Origin: Naegleria gruberi
Lineage: Eukaryota
Reading direction: 5' to 3' (one strand)
Length of the DNA stretch: 64,000 bases
NCBI GenBank assembly: GCA_000004985.1
Contig: GG738896.1
The position numbers and the translations under genes were made by a program. Below the pieces are notes generated by a model that was not told where the DNA came from, searched no databases, and worked only from the letters and a program-made list of their open reading frames with translations. This document shows positions 11,685-22,786 of this stretch, one piece after another; within the stretch, counting starts at the first letter, position 1, and every line of letters begins with the position of its first letter.

Positions 11685-13280
11685 ATGGATCAAGTTAATA
11701 CATGTTCAATCTTGGATTTAGATCAAGATTACCTCGATCTTATTCTGTCATTCTGTCCGAATAGAGGATGTTATGAAATTCAATCGATGAGACATGTTTG
11801 TAAGGTTTGGAATTTGTTATTGACTGGACAGGGTTCTGAAAGCTCTTCCGATATTGCTTCCCTTCATCAAAGTATATCAAAAACAATTAAGGAAGTATTG
11901 AAGAATGATAATTTTCGTGAAAGAGTTGAAAAAGTCTATTTACCTCGATTGTATTATCAAATATTTCTTGATTTCTTGCCCAGAGATGAACCATTGGACA
12001 GTTTAATGATTCCTATCATGAATGCTTTTAAAAACAAATTTGGTGATGAGGCAGTTAGAAGAATTTCTAGAGTAGAATTTGAAGTTGATTTCATGATGGA
12101 AAACCATCAAGTTCTGGAGAATGTAGAACATACAGTGGATAAGACAATAATATTATCAAATGAAAGATCCGATGAAGAATTTAAAAGTATTGAAAATCCA
12201 AACAAGTTATTCCATGTAGACTTCGAAAAGAAGAACAATCCAGAAGAATTCTTTGCCAAGTACAAACCACTGGATGAGATATTCGGAGAATGGAAAAATC
12301 GACCATTCATAGATAATGATATGCTTGTTAATCCTTACAGATTATATAGAAAAGTAATTCTTCAGTTTAAAGTTTATAGTGAGGAGTTTTTCTCTAAGGG
12401 AGTTTTAAGATTACCAAGTACAGAAATATCAATTGGGGATTCGAGTAATATTTATGAAGAAACTGATGTTGCACTTAAAAGTTGCTTAATTCGTAATTAT
12501 TCATACCAAGAAACAACAGTGTACAAGTTTAAACCTATTGATCCTAGGAAAGATATGGAAAAATTGATGGAGTATACTATTTACTACTTTTTAAAACATA
12601 GATTACTGAGAAGAATGGATAAAATTAATTTGAGTTTGAAAGAATTATTGGAAGATAGTAAGATTAATTACCTAACTCAATTAAATAGGGAGGATCAATA
12701 TTACTTTCTGACAATGAGAGAATCTATGTTGAAGAAGTGTAGAGATTCATTAATATCTGATGTTCGACATTTCAATGGTCCTATTTCAGAAAAGATAAAT
12801 GCCTCTAACGCTTGGACTACTGTTGGTCATCGAATAGAACATTACCTTTCTTTAACCTGCTTAGATACAATGAACAATTATCAAAGAGTCAACTTTCTCA
12901 AACAATTTTTCAACTTTATGTACAAGGAAAAACTCAACATTTCGGAGAAAGTGAGGAAAGAAGTTTTCAAGAAATTTGGAATTGATCATATTGGGAAATC
13001 TTTCACATTCACTGAGACACCAAACAGCCTTAATTTAACTGATATTGTAATGAGCTTTGAGAAAGAATTCGATCACGACAAGAATACCGTTTATTGTCAC
13101 GAATTCATCTTCCCTTCTTTTCCTATAATGTCCATATGTGATGTTAAAGAAACTACTCCGTTCAATACAAGCAAAAAGACAACAAACGATTACAGTTCTA
13201 GGTGCTGCTGCTCAAACCTATTTCAATGTTGCAGAGCACTTTATGGTGTAATGTTTCACCCTGACAGATTTGAAGATTAA
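11685..13280 (+). CDS. Hypothetical 531-aa protein with an F-box-like N-terminal motif and a Cys-rich C-terminus
   Basis: Single long ORF with coding-like codon usage. The N-terminus (LDLDQDYLDLILSFCPNRGCYEIQSMRHVCKVWNLLL) resembles an F-box. I recognised no other domain. Confidence 0.5.
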   Translation: MDQVNTCSILDLDQDYLDLILSFCPNRGCYEIQSMRHVCKVWNLLLTGQGSESSSDIASLHQSISKTIKEVLKNDNFRERVEKVYLPRLYYQIFLDFLPRDEPLDSLMIPIMNAFKNKFGDEAVRRISRVEFEVDFMMENHQVLENVEHTVDKTIILSNERSDEEFKSIENPNKLFHVDFEKKNNPEEFFAKYKPLDEIFGEWKNRPFIDNDMLVNPYRLYRKVILQFKVYSEEFFSKGVLRLPSTEISIGDSSNIYEETDVALKSCLIRNYSYQETTVYKFKPIDPRKDMEKLMEYTIYYFLKHRLLRRMDKINLSLKELLEDSKINYLTQLNREDQYYFLTMRESMLKKCRDSLISDVRHFNGPISEKINASNAWTTVGHRIEHYLSLTCLDTMNNYQRVNFLKQFFNFMYKEKLNISEKVRKEVFKKFGIDHIGKSFTFTETPNSLNLTDIVMSFEKEFDHDKNTVYCHEFIFPSFPIMSICDVKETTPFNTSKKTTNDYSSRCCCSNLFQCCRALYGVMFHPDRFED

Positions 13281-13394
13281 TTTCTCATGATATAATCACC
13301 AAATTATTCAAGGTTGGAGTTATAAAGGAATTAAATGAGGAAACCTCAAAAGAGTTACACATGAATATTAATTTTGTAAATATCGGAATTGAAT

Positions 13395-14345
13395 TTATCT
13401 GAGTAACATTTTTCTTGCCTTATCTTGATCATTAGAGAAGGAAAATGTTCCAACAATTGTTTCAGCAGATTGTCTTCTATCATAAATTTGAGAACAAATA
13501 ACATCCAAAACCTTAATCTTATCATTGTCCATATCCAAAACGTTCAAAATTGAAACAGCGTCATTACATGACATTTGTGCAATATTATTTGTTGACTTCA
13601 ATTGGTTAATTACCTTGACTTGATCATTGGCAAAATCAAATAATTTAAGAATTGTCACTAAATCCATGGCCATAATTGGACTACATTCGGCAGATGAATA
13701 CGAAACAACTGCCTTGACCTTATCTGAATCGAAAGTTGAATTCTTACAAGCTGCAATAATTTTTTGAGCCAAACCACCAGATGAATAATTAGTGACAGGT
13801 GGAGGTGTATAATTATTTTGTGGAGGAGGTGTATATGTTGATGTGGAAGTGGTATGTGTAGAAACAGTCATATTTGGCATTCCCATGTTGAAACCAATTC
13901 CAACTCCTGGCATACCCATATTCATATTTACTCCAACAGTTGGTTGCACACCAATTGACATGTCAACGGTAGGTTGCATAGTGACAGTATTATAATTTGA
14001 TTCATAAGTTGTGGTATTCATTGTCATTCCAATAGTTGGTTGAGCATTCATTGTAGAATATCCATTAGAAACAGTCATTCCTACAGTTGGCTGAACATGT
14101 ACAGTTGGTTGTGCACTAACTCCTACACTCAATCCAACACTTGGTTGAGTACTCACTGTAGAATATCCATTATTGGTTGAGGCAGACACTGTCATTGTTG
14201 GTTGAACAGTGGTATGAACATTTCCTGACACTGTGACACTTGGTTGAACATGAACATTACCGGACACTGTTACTGTTGGTTCCTCATCATAGGCTCCAGC
14301 CAATGAATTTTCTAAACATTCAACAAATAATTTAGAACTAACCAA
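13395..14345 (-). CDS. Repeat-rich secreted or surface-type protein (tandem T-V-Q-P peptide repeats) with a conserved globular C-terminal domain
   Basis: 316-aa ORF. The N-terminal two-thirds is made of degenerate repeats (TVSGNVHVQPSVTVSGNVHTTVQPTMTVS...QPTVGMT...). The C-terminal ~120 aa are non-repetitive (..AACKNSTFDSDKVKAVVSYSS..DQVKVINQL..). The track start is TTG. A candidate upstream ATG exon (MSFFRSIF..) could not be joined in frame. Confidence 0.45.
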   Translation of the reverse strand: MVSSKLFVECLENSLAGAYDEEPTVTVSGNVHVQPSVTVSGNVHTTVQPTMTVSASTNNGYSTVSTQPSVGLSVGVSAQPTVHVQPTVGMTVSNGYSTMNAQPTIGMTMNTTTYESNYNTVTMQPTVDMSIGVQPTVGVNMNMGMPGVGIGFNMGMPNMTVSTHTTSTSTYTPPPQNNYTPPPVTNYSSGGLAQKIIAACKNSTFDSDKVKAVVSYSSAECSPIMAMDLVTILKLFDFANDQVKVINQLKSTNNIAQMSCNDAVSILNVLDMDNDKIKVLDVICSQIYDRRQSAETIVGTFSFSNDQDKARKMLLR

Positions 14346-14454
14346 AATTAACGAAACTTACGGTGACTAACACTCCTGAAAATACTTCTAAAGAATGACA
14401 TGAAGATGCTTAATGTTGTTGAATTGTTTTTTTGTTGTTAAAAGTTTTAAATTG

Positions 14455-14750
14455 AAAGCCAACATGATGGATTTGATGCACACAATCTTAACATGGCGTA
14501 CTGGGAGGTTACACCCTCGGTGTAGCATCATTAGAAACTTTGCAGTGTGACATTCAGATTTTTCCCATGCCGATTGCGGGGGAGGACCTACAGTACTGTT
14601 TTAACATTTGGCTCACAACGTTTGATTGCCGTTGTTTAGTACATACAGTAATACCAAAAATCTTGAGATTTGACTTTGCGTGCTCAGTACTATTAAAAAG
14701 GAAGACATTCGGGAAGTCCGTTATAATCGGACCGAAAAAAAAATGTGCGT
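14455..14750. ncRNA. Candidate structured non-coding RNA (class unknown; weak RNase P/MRP CR-I-like or SRP-like motifs)
   Basis: A ~300-nt segment with clearly higher GC and sequence complexity than the flanking AT-rich spacers. It has no credible ORF (track ORF 14540..14791 has a non-coding composition). There are local hairpins (gtccg-ttataat-cggac; gggagg..ccctc), a GGGAAGUCCG motif and an A9/T9 run at 14738-14746. Confidence 0.2.
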
Positions 14751-14851
14751 TATCAAAATATCTATTGAGAATGTCTAATGTTATTCCTTAAACTGTCTTA
14801 ATGTTCAATGAAATGTGGTCGCTCTGTATTAGAATCAGCTATCTTGTTGTA

Positions 14852-16120
14852 TCAATCTGAGCTGGTAAATTTAACATGAAAATTTAACATTCTTTCTGTT
14901 GCACAAATTACCAACTCAAAAAATCTGCCAACAGCACTCTTTAAATCAACACCAGAATCAATCATTGGTCTCCAAGCACTGAACATGGACATGTAGAGCG
15001 AGAGTTGAATAACAGCTGCTTTTCTTGTCTCTCTCTTCAATTGCTCTAATGAATAGGTTTTTTCTATTATTGGCTTATTGCAAATTAAACTATTCCAATA
15101 ACTCTCCATTAAATTATGAAAATTATCATTCACCTGTTCACTTAATAAACAGGAAGATATGAAAAACCCTAAATCATAACCACAAGAACCAAATCCAATA
15201 CATTGAAAGTCAACAAACGCAACAGATTCTTCCGAAACTTGCAACATATTGTCTAATCTAAAGTCACAATGATTGAGTGTCCTGTTGTTGGCGGTGAGTA
15301 CTTGGCATCCTTCTTCAACAATTTCGAAAATCTTTCCAGAAGAAACTTGCTCATCAATCACTAGTGCATTCTCTGCCAATTGTTTCATACCAGTTTGTGA
15401 AGAGAAGTACTTTAAAACATAATGATAGTCTTCCCATTTGTCTTTCCACACTTGTTTTACCTCCTCAACCACTTCCTCTACTGGTAGAATATTATTCTTC
15501 TTATTAATCATTGAAGTAACAGTGTGATGAAGTGGAGTCATAACATCATATCCATTCACAACCAACTGAGCCTTGAATTTCTCCTCATCCTCTGCAGTAT
15601 ACCAAAATTCTGATTGTATCAATGCCCACTCCTTCAAGATTAATCGAATCAACTCTGTAGAACATCCAACAATTTGATCTAAAGCCTTCCCTGATTTTCT
15701 CAAAATTAATATGAATTGATCCTTGTTGTTTCTATCAATTTCTGCTACATAAACCGGTGGAACAACATTTCTATTCAATAAATTATTTATACTATTAGTA
15801 TTTAATAAATATTGATAGAAGGCTATTTCCTTCTTGTAGGCTGATGTTTCTGCTAGAAAGTCTCTATCCACATGATGAGCAATACTCTTATCATTCTCAT
15901 CCTTTGCAAATTTAATAAAAACTTCATCCAGAATATTTCCCTCCGAATCTTTTAATTCAAATAAAACAACTTGACTGCATTGTCCCTGAATATTGGAATT
16001 ATTATATGAAACGGAAGCCAATTTATCAAGCCAAACCAACCTTCCATTCATATGTTGCTGATTCGAAAGTTTTTCCTTCAAATATTCAACTGTAATTTCT
16101 GAAGGTGTTTTTGGAATCAT
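14852..16120 (-). CDS. Kinase-fold phosphotransferase of the APH / choline-kinase / CHK (ecdysteroid-kinase-like) family
   Basis: The ORF contains the Brenner/APH motifs HCDFRLDNML and VAFVDFQCIGFGSCGYDLGFF. The probable start is the internal ATG at 16120 (MIPKTPSEITVEY...). The upstream part of track ORF 14852..16309 looks non-coding and would overlap the ABCC promoter. Confidence 0.65.
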   Translation of the reverse strand: MIPKTPSEITVEYLKEKLSNQQHMNGRLVWLDKLASVSYNNSNIQGQCSQVVLFELKDSEGNILDEVFIKFAKDENDKSIAHHVDRDFLAETSAYKKEIAFYQYLLNTNSINNLLNRNVVPPVYVAEIDRNNKDQFILILRKSGKALDQIVGCSTELIRLILKEWALIQSEFWYTAEDEEKFKAQLVVNGYDVMTPLHHTVTSMINKKNNILPVEEVVEEVKQVWKDKWEDYHYVLKYFSSQTGMKQLAENALVIDEQVSSGKIFEIVEEGCQVLTANNRTLNHCDFRLDNMLQVSEESVAFVDFQCIGFGSCGYDLGFFISSCLLSEQVNDNFHNLMESYWNSLICNKPIIEKTYSLEQLKRETRKAAVIQLSLYMSMFSAWRPMIDSGVDLKSAVGRFFELVICATERMLNFHVKFTSSD

Positions 16121-16295
16121 TTTTTTTCCATCTCCAATTTGAAGATTTTCAATTTTTACAATGCAAGTTAGTGCGCATAACCTTAATGAAGTTTGAATAT
16201 TAGATATTATCCTCACTGTAAACAACTTGATTTGCGGCATATAATTGATAACTAATAGTAGAATTAGTACATTTGGGAGTTTAACTTGTAAAAAA

Positions 16296-19200
16296 ATGGC
16301 TGAACGCACTAAGAATGAAGATGAGGAAAGCCTGATCGTTATTCCTTCGGCATTCTCATCTTCTCAACAAGATCAAGCACAACACCTTGAACAGGTTTCG
16401 GAAGAGAAAGATAATTGGAAGGATGGTGTAGATATTTCCTCTCCTGAACATTTAGATGGAAATGCTTCGTGGTTTTCGATATTGTTTTTTATATTTGTTG
16501 ATCCATTATTAAAAGTTGGATTTAAAAAGGCGGGAGATGGTCCAATGATGATTTGGATTAAAAAGTTGATTTCCAAATTGAAAATTAGAGATTTTGAAAT
16601 TAGAGAAAGTGAGGGAATGACTCATGCAGATATTCCTAAATTGGCAAAACAGTGGACCACTGAACATCAATTTGAAATATTTGAACCAATATTTAGAAAG
16701 AGTTTCATTAATGAAAGACAGAACTATTCAGAAAATGGAGGAATTACAAAGAATTTTGGAACTTTATTTTTGAAAGTTAGCGAGAGAACATTTAGATGGA
16801 GAGGATGGTATGGTGTTGGTCTGTGGAAATTAGCAGAAATGATTTTCCATTACGTTTCACCATTAATTTTATATTTGTTATTGGAATCTATCAAGTCAAC
16901 TGGTATTCAGTCCGATTCTAAACCCTCAAAAGCAGTCGAATCCATATCTATGTTTTATAATGTGCAGTATTCAGTTGTTGCTTTTCAAAATGAAACTCTT
17001 CAAAATGCTGCACTCATCACAAATTCAACATTTAATAACCAAACCAGTTGGCTAAATCAGAACCTTCCTTTAAGCAATGGATTTTTCCAATTTGGGATTG
17101 TAATCTTGCTGTTCTTGTGCAATATACTGCCAACAATTTTCATCAATCAGTATACCTATGGAGTGGGTAATCTTTGGTTTGCTTGGAGAGGTTGTATTCA
17201 AGCAGCTGTTTTTCAAAAGATTAACAGAATTACTAGCTCAGAAAGAAGCAAATTCAAAAGTGGTGAAATTACCAATTTATTTACCACAGATCCAACAAGA
17301 ATTGCAACTCTTATTCTATATTTTCATGAATGTTGGGTTGTTCCAGTTTCACTTTTGGTCGGTTTGTCCATGATTTGCATATTCTTTGGATATAGTGCCT
17401 TCATTGGAGTGGGAGCAATGTTATTAGTGAGTCCTCTTATTCCAGTACTAGCCAAGATTCTAACGAAGGTTGAGGGATGGCTCAGTAAGTTTAGAGATGA
17501 AAGAGTAAAGAATTTGAACGAATTACTGAATGGTATTAGAATTATCAAATTCTTTGTTTTTGAGGAAAAGATGAAAGAGAAAGTTATGGAGAGTAGAAAA
17601 AAAGAGTCCAAAGGGCTGTTTGCATCTGTCCTTACCATGAGTTCACAAAGATTTGCAGCAGTTTTAATGTCAATAGTTGTAAGTTGTAAATTGTTATTAG
17701 AGTTTTTTTTTACACTTTATTAAGGGAGGAAGCGTAACATTTATTTCATATGCTTACTTTGGTGGGCAGTTGACAATTTCAAACATGTTTACTGGCCTTA
17801 TTTTGTTTGATACTTTCAGAGTACCCCTCACAACCTTTCCACTAGTTCTTTCTGGATTAGTTTCTTCTTATGTGAGTGCTAAACGTGTTGGACGATTTCT
17901 TTACAGTGATGAACAGGTTCATCTTCCTCACGACCATTATAATAAGGCTCATTTATGGAATGAAGTTTCCAATCGCTCTTCTTCTGATCACTCTACTAAT
18001 TTGGAAGATAATGTTGCAATTGAGTTTGAAAATGCGTCCATAAAGTGGACTGAAGACGGTGAAACTATAGTTTCAAACTTGAACTTAATATTGGAAAAAG
18101 GAAAACTCTATTCAATCATTGGAGATACTGGTTCAGGAAAATCGACCCTCATTTCTTCCATAATTGGGGAGTCAATTGTCTCTGAAGGCAGTTTGAAAGT
18201 GAATCCTCAGTTGAGCCTTTCTTTATGTGATGAAAATCCATGGATGATCAATTCCAGTGTTAGAAACAATATCATTTTCGATAAGTCCTTAGAATTTGAC
18301 AGTGAAAAGTACAACAGGGTTTTGGAAGTTTGTCAATTGAAAGACGATTTGGAGCAATTCTCAAATTTTGATGAAACTGAAATTGGTTTCTCTGGAATTA
18401 ATCTCTCAGTTGGCCAAAGACATCGTATCAGTCTTGCAAGAGCTTGTTACTCCAATTCAGATATTATCATTATGGATTCTACACTTAATTCAGTTGATGC
18501 AAAGATTTGTAAGTCGATTTTCAGAGATTGTATTTGTGGCCATCTGAAAGGTAAAACCAGAGTGTTACTGACCCATTCACTTCAATTATTGGAGATGGTC
18601 GACGAGGTAATTGTTCTTGAAAAGGGTAAACTCATTGCAAAAGGACCACTTCATTCGATTATGCATGCCTATGATTTTTCAAAGTTAATTTCGGAAAAGG
18701 GAGAAGAATTCGAAAACAATGAATCCAACGACAAGGAGGAACAAGTGAAAAAAGATCCGAAATCCACTGAAAAAGATGACAAGAAGGGTAAACTTGTAAT
18801 TGCTGAAGATAAGAGCAATGAAACTATTAGCTGGGGAGTTTTTCTTTCGTTTGTAAAAGAATGTGGAATTATACTAGTTTTGTTTAGTATAATTTCATGT
18901 CTATTTTCAGTTAGCTCCAAAGCAGGTGGTCAAATATGGATATCAGTTATGAATAATGATTATCTCGGATTGGATATCTTTACTTATGTTTGGATTTTCT
19001 TTGGAATTGGTCTAACAGATGCTTTTTTTGCTTCTCTGAAGGAATTAGCTTTTGGTCTTGCCTCTCTTAAGGCCTCCAACAGTTTTCACAAAAAGATGTT
19101 GAATAATATTCTTCATGCCCCAACTAGATTCTTTGATCAGAACCCAACAGGAAGAATTTTGAATAGATTCACACAAGACGTAGTGGTATTGGACACACAA

Positions 19201-20580
19201 ATGATCTTTGCATTGCCACAATTTATCACAACAATTATTTCAGTTTGCTTTACACTTGTTATGATTTCAATTGTCACTCCACTATTTCTAATTGTAGTTA
19301 TTCCTATCGCTCTTGTATTCTTTGTGGTCCAGGAGTATTATAGAGCTACATCACGTGAAATTAGAAGATTGGAATCCATTTCTAGAAGTCCAGCAATGTC
19401 ACATTTTAATTCCTGTTTGGAGGGTGTTAAAACCATTAAGGCTGCTCTTATTCATGAAAGTATTTACAAGGACAATTTTATGAAGATTGATTTTACAAAC
19501 AAACATTCATACGGAAGATTTCTAATCAATAGATGGTTAGGTGTTAGAATTCAATTAGTTGCACAATTAGTTATTTTTTTTACAGCATTATTTGCAATTA
19601 TTACGAAACACTTTCAACATAATAACGAAGCTCTTTTAGCACTGGTTATTACTTACTCCTTACAATTGAGTGATACTTTCACAGAGTTTGTTCGTTCATT
19701 TGTTGATTTGGAAAGTCATATGACTAGTGTAGAGCGAATCATTCATTACAGTTCAAATATTGAACAAGAGGCCCCTTACGAACTCGAAAGTGATCCAATT
19801 CCATCACAATGGCCTTCTCAAGGGCATGTTCAATTCAACTCTCTTTCTGCAAGATACAGAGATGATCTAGACCCAGTTTTGAATTCCATTCAACTGGAGA
19901 TTAAACCAGGAACAAAAATTGGAGTTGTTGGAAGAACAGGAAGTGGAAAGAGTACCTTGCTAATTTCCCTGTTTAGATTCATAGAAGCAAGTGAAGGAAA
20001 TATAACAATTGATGGAGTGGATATTTCACAAATTGGATTGAAAACTCTCAGAAAATCTCTTTTAATTATTCCACAAATCCCTATTCTATTCTCTGGTACC
20101 ATTCGATACAATCTAGATCCATTCAATGAATTTCAAGACCATGAAATTTGGAAAGCCTTAGAGAGAGTTCATATGAAAGAGAAAATTCAACAAATTGGAC
20201 TCTCTGGAAATGTAACAGAGAATGGCAGCAATTTCTCAATTGGAGAAAGACAATTACTTTCACTTTGTCGATGCATTTTGAGAAGAGCTAAAATAATCAT
20301 ATTTGACGAGTCAACAGCTTTTGTGGATCACAATAGTGATGAGATTGTGCAAAAAGTCATTAGAGAAGAGTTTAAGGAATCGACAATCATTACTGTTGCC
20401 CACAGATTGGATACCATTATTGATTCTGATATGGTTGCATTTATGCAGGATGGTGAAATAATTGAAATCGGTTCTCCAAAGGAATTATTATCTCAGCATG
20501 ATAGTAACTTTTCAAAATTAGTGAATGAAACAGGTAAAAACTATTCAGCACATTTGAAAAAGAAGGCGAATGATAACTGA
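16296..20580 (+). CDS. ABCC/MRP-type full ABC transporter (TMD1-NBD1-TMD2-NBD2, no TMD0), 2 exons, ~1412 aa
   Basis: ATG at 16296 (MAERTKNED..), then the MRP N-terminal motif (SWFSILFFIFVDPLLKVGFKK). Exon 1 ends at 17678 (..MSIV) at a GTAAGT donor. The 46-nt intron has acceptor ..ttattaag. Exon 2 starts at 17725 (GGSVTFISYAYFGGQLTISNMFTGL..), in frame with track ORF 17770..20580. NBD1 has Walker A GDTGSGKST; NBD2 has GRTGSGKSTL with signature LSGNVTENGSNFSIGERQLL and Walker B IIFDEST. Confidence 0.85.
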
Positions 20581-21152
20581 TAGATTTAAAATAAGATTCA
20601 GATTGAGTAAATATACTGTTGAATCCTTTTGAAGATTGTAATCTCCAACAGTACAGTCTTCTTATTGTTTTCCTGCATAAATTAATTGTTGATACGAGGA
20701 TTACCCTATCTTTTGCTATAGTATCATTAGATTCCATTTCAATGGTGATTGTCTTTCCTGTCAAGTAAAATCAAAGTTATTAACTATATATTGCATCATC
20801 ATCTACTTTCAAAATTGAGGAGTTAAAAAGTTGTTCTGTGGACCATTATCTTCTCATGTAGTATAGGAGGTATTTGTGAAGAAATTTCAGGTGGAAACTG
20901 ATTGTGGTATACAACATCATCGGATGGACAAAATGTTGTTGAGTAAATGGGAGTAAGCCAACAATAGCAGCCGGAGTGGAAGTACCACTGGATGAGATAT
21001 CTGGACTATTTCTTTCTTTTAGATTTGGGGTTGTTTGTGAGAGAATTATTTGGACTAATCTCAATACAAGGACCTGATGACGTTGCAGCAGCTGAAACTG
21101 TGGATACAGTAAGTTTTGTTTCCCTCTTAATGCAAATTTAGAACTGAAAAAA

Positions 21153-21524
21153 ATGAAGAAGCAAAACAACGACTTTAACATCGTGCCATCCATGTTGGTG
21201 CTTATTGTCTGTCGTGCTTTCACCAAAGACACCAATGACTTCACCTTACTAGCCAGCTCAACTATTGATCAACTATTGCTATCGTATAATAAAATAGGCA
21301 AACAATGGCCTCAAAAAATGGTACAATTTATTACCAACAGAACATTGAAAAACTTTACGTATTGGCGAGAGTTGTTCGTTGATGAAAATATTCAACCTTT
21401 AATACAATTTTTATTGAATCAAGAGGATGTTGATCAGGCAACTAAGGCTTCAATTTATAAACTTGTTAGAAAATATAAGTTATCCATTGGTGGTGATGAA
21501 TTTCTACCTAACACCAGTTTCTAG
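21153..21524 (+). CDS. Small hypothetical ORF (123 aa), possibly preceded by a short intron in its 5' leader
   Basis: An ATG-initiated ORF with a higher fraction of C-ending codons than the flanks. A GTAAGT...tttag intron-like element lies at ~21109-21141, immediately upstream. No homology was recognised. Confidence 0.25.
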   Translation: MKKQNNDFNIVPSMLVLIVCRAFTKDTNDFTLLASSTIDQLLLSYNKIGKQWPQKMVQFITNRTLKNFTYWRELFVDENIQPLIQFLLNQEDVDQATKASIYKLVRKYKLSIGGDEFLPNTSF

Positions 21525-22181
21525 ATTACAGCGATCACTATTCATGACAAATCAATAATTTGATGGGATTGTAAAGTATTTTAACATTTCCAATACGGTT
21601 TACAACATGACACTTATTTCAGAAGCATCTTTACAATATAATCAGCTAAATCTAACAAATGATATCATCAAGAGTCAATTATGATCTTCTTCATGCTTTA
21701 AATGTGATACTATTTCATGTGTTTCTGAACAATAGGGACCAGACACTTTGAATATTGTAATAGTTTCGGTTGGAATAGCTTTCAGATCACCAGTCGTCTA
21801 TTGAAAGAATGGAATCATCTTCTTGGCCACCTTTTTCAATACTTCCATTTCAGAGTTGGATCTATTTTTAAAGAAAGAAATATACCATAATGAAATGAAT
21901 GTTTTCAACAATCTGAAGCTAAGAGAGATTGTAAATCATTACTGAATTTGAGGCATGTAGTGTAATTCTAACATCACGATCAGCTCATTTCTCTGAAGTG
22001 TTGGTGGCGAAACTCCACCCATGCCTTTTTTACAAAAATTTCATTAAGAATTTGAATGGAACTTTGGTATAAGTTTTATCTGGTTCAAAACCATCAATTT
22101 TCGAATGGTCTTTTAGTACTCACAAATTAAACTATAACAAATTAAGAGATAGCTCATTATCTTAATTTTTATATCAACAAT

Positions 22182-22250
22182 GGCTACGGCCATATCACGA
22201 TGAATGCACCTCATCCCGTCCGATTTGAGAAGTTAAGCAGTAGTCTTTTT
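22182..22250 (+). pseudogene. Internally deleted 5S rRNA copy (5' ~58 nt plus 3' terminal GTAGTC and the T-run terminator)
   Basis: GGCTACGGCCATATCACGATGAATGCACCTCATCCCGTCCGATTTGAGAAGTTAAGCA is identical to the 5' part of the full 5S copy at 25621-25739(-). It then jumps to ..GTAGTCTTTTT, so ~55 nt of the middle (including the box C region) are missing. Confidence 0.6.
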
Positions 22251-22786
22251 GGGTTTTTTAACAATAGTTTGGAAACATTTTTAATAATTCTTGGTCAATT
22301 CTAATCTTTTTAAACAATTTTTAACTCTTACCACTCCATTTATCAAATAATTCAGTCTTGTAAAGCTTCCTTATTTGAATCTTTGTGACATGACGATTTT
22401 TTGATGATTTCAAAGGATTTAATTTGTCCACACTGTATCACGCTTGATCCTTTCTACAAAAAGTTGATCTTTCTAATGGAACTTCAGTAATTCTCTCAAT
22501 AACTTTCTTAATTTTCAAATACTCATTTTCATTTACAGTACTATGATTGAAATATTTCACTTTCGTTTACAAACAGTATCTTACCTGTCCAAATAGGATT
22601 ATCAGTTCAACTTTTAGAGTTTCCTGTAGGAAAGTTTAAAGGGTTAAACTTCTATAACGTTAAAATATAATAACTTTTTAACAATAAAATACTCAACTGA
22701 TAGTGGAATAGTTGCTTAGTATTGGCATTATTGAAATTCCATAAAAAAATATATTTAGCATTATGAAAGTAATTGAGATCTTAACT

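Noticed and set aside
14540-14791. Track ORF (+, 83 aa) in the GC-rich island
   Set aside because: It has no coding-like codon bias and the region looks like a structured RNA or promoter. It is kept only as a candidate ncRNA.
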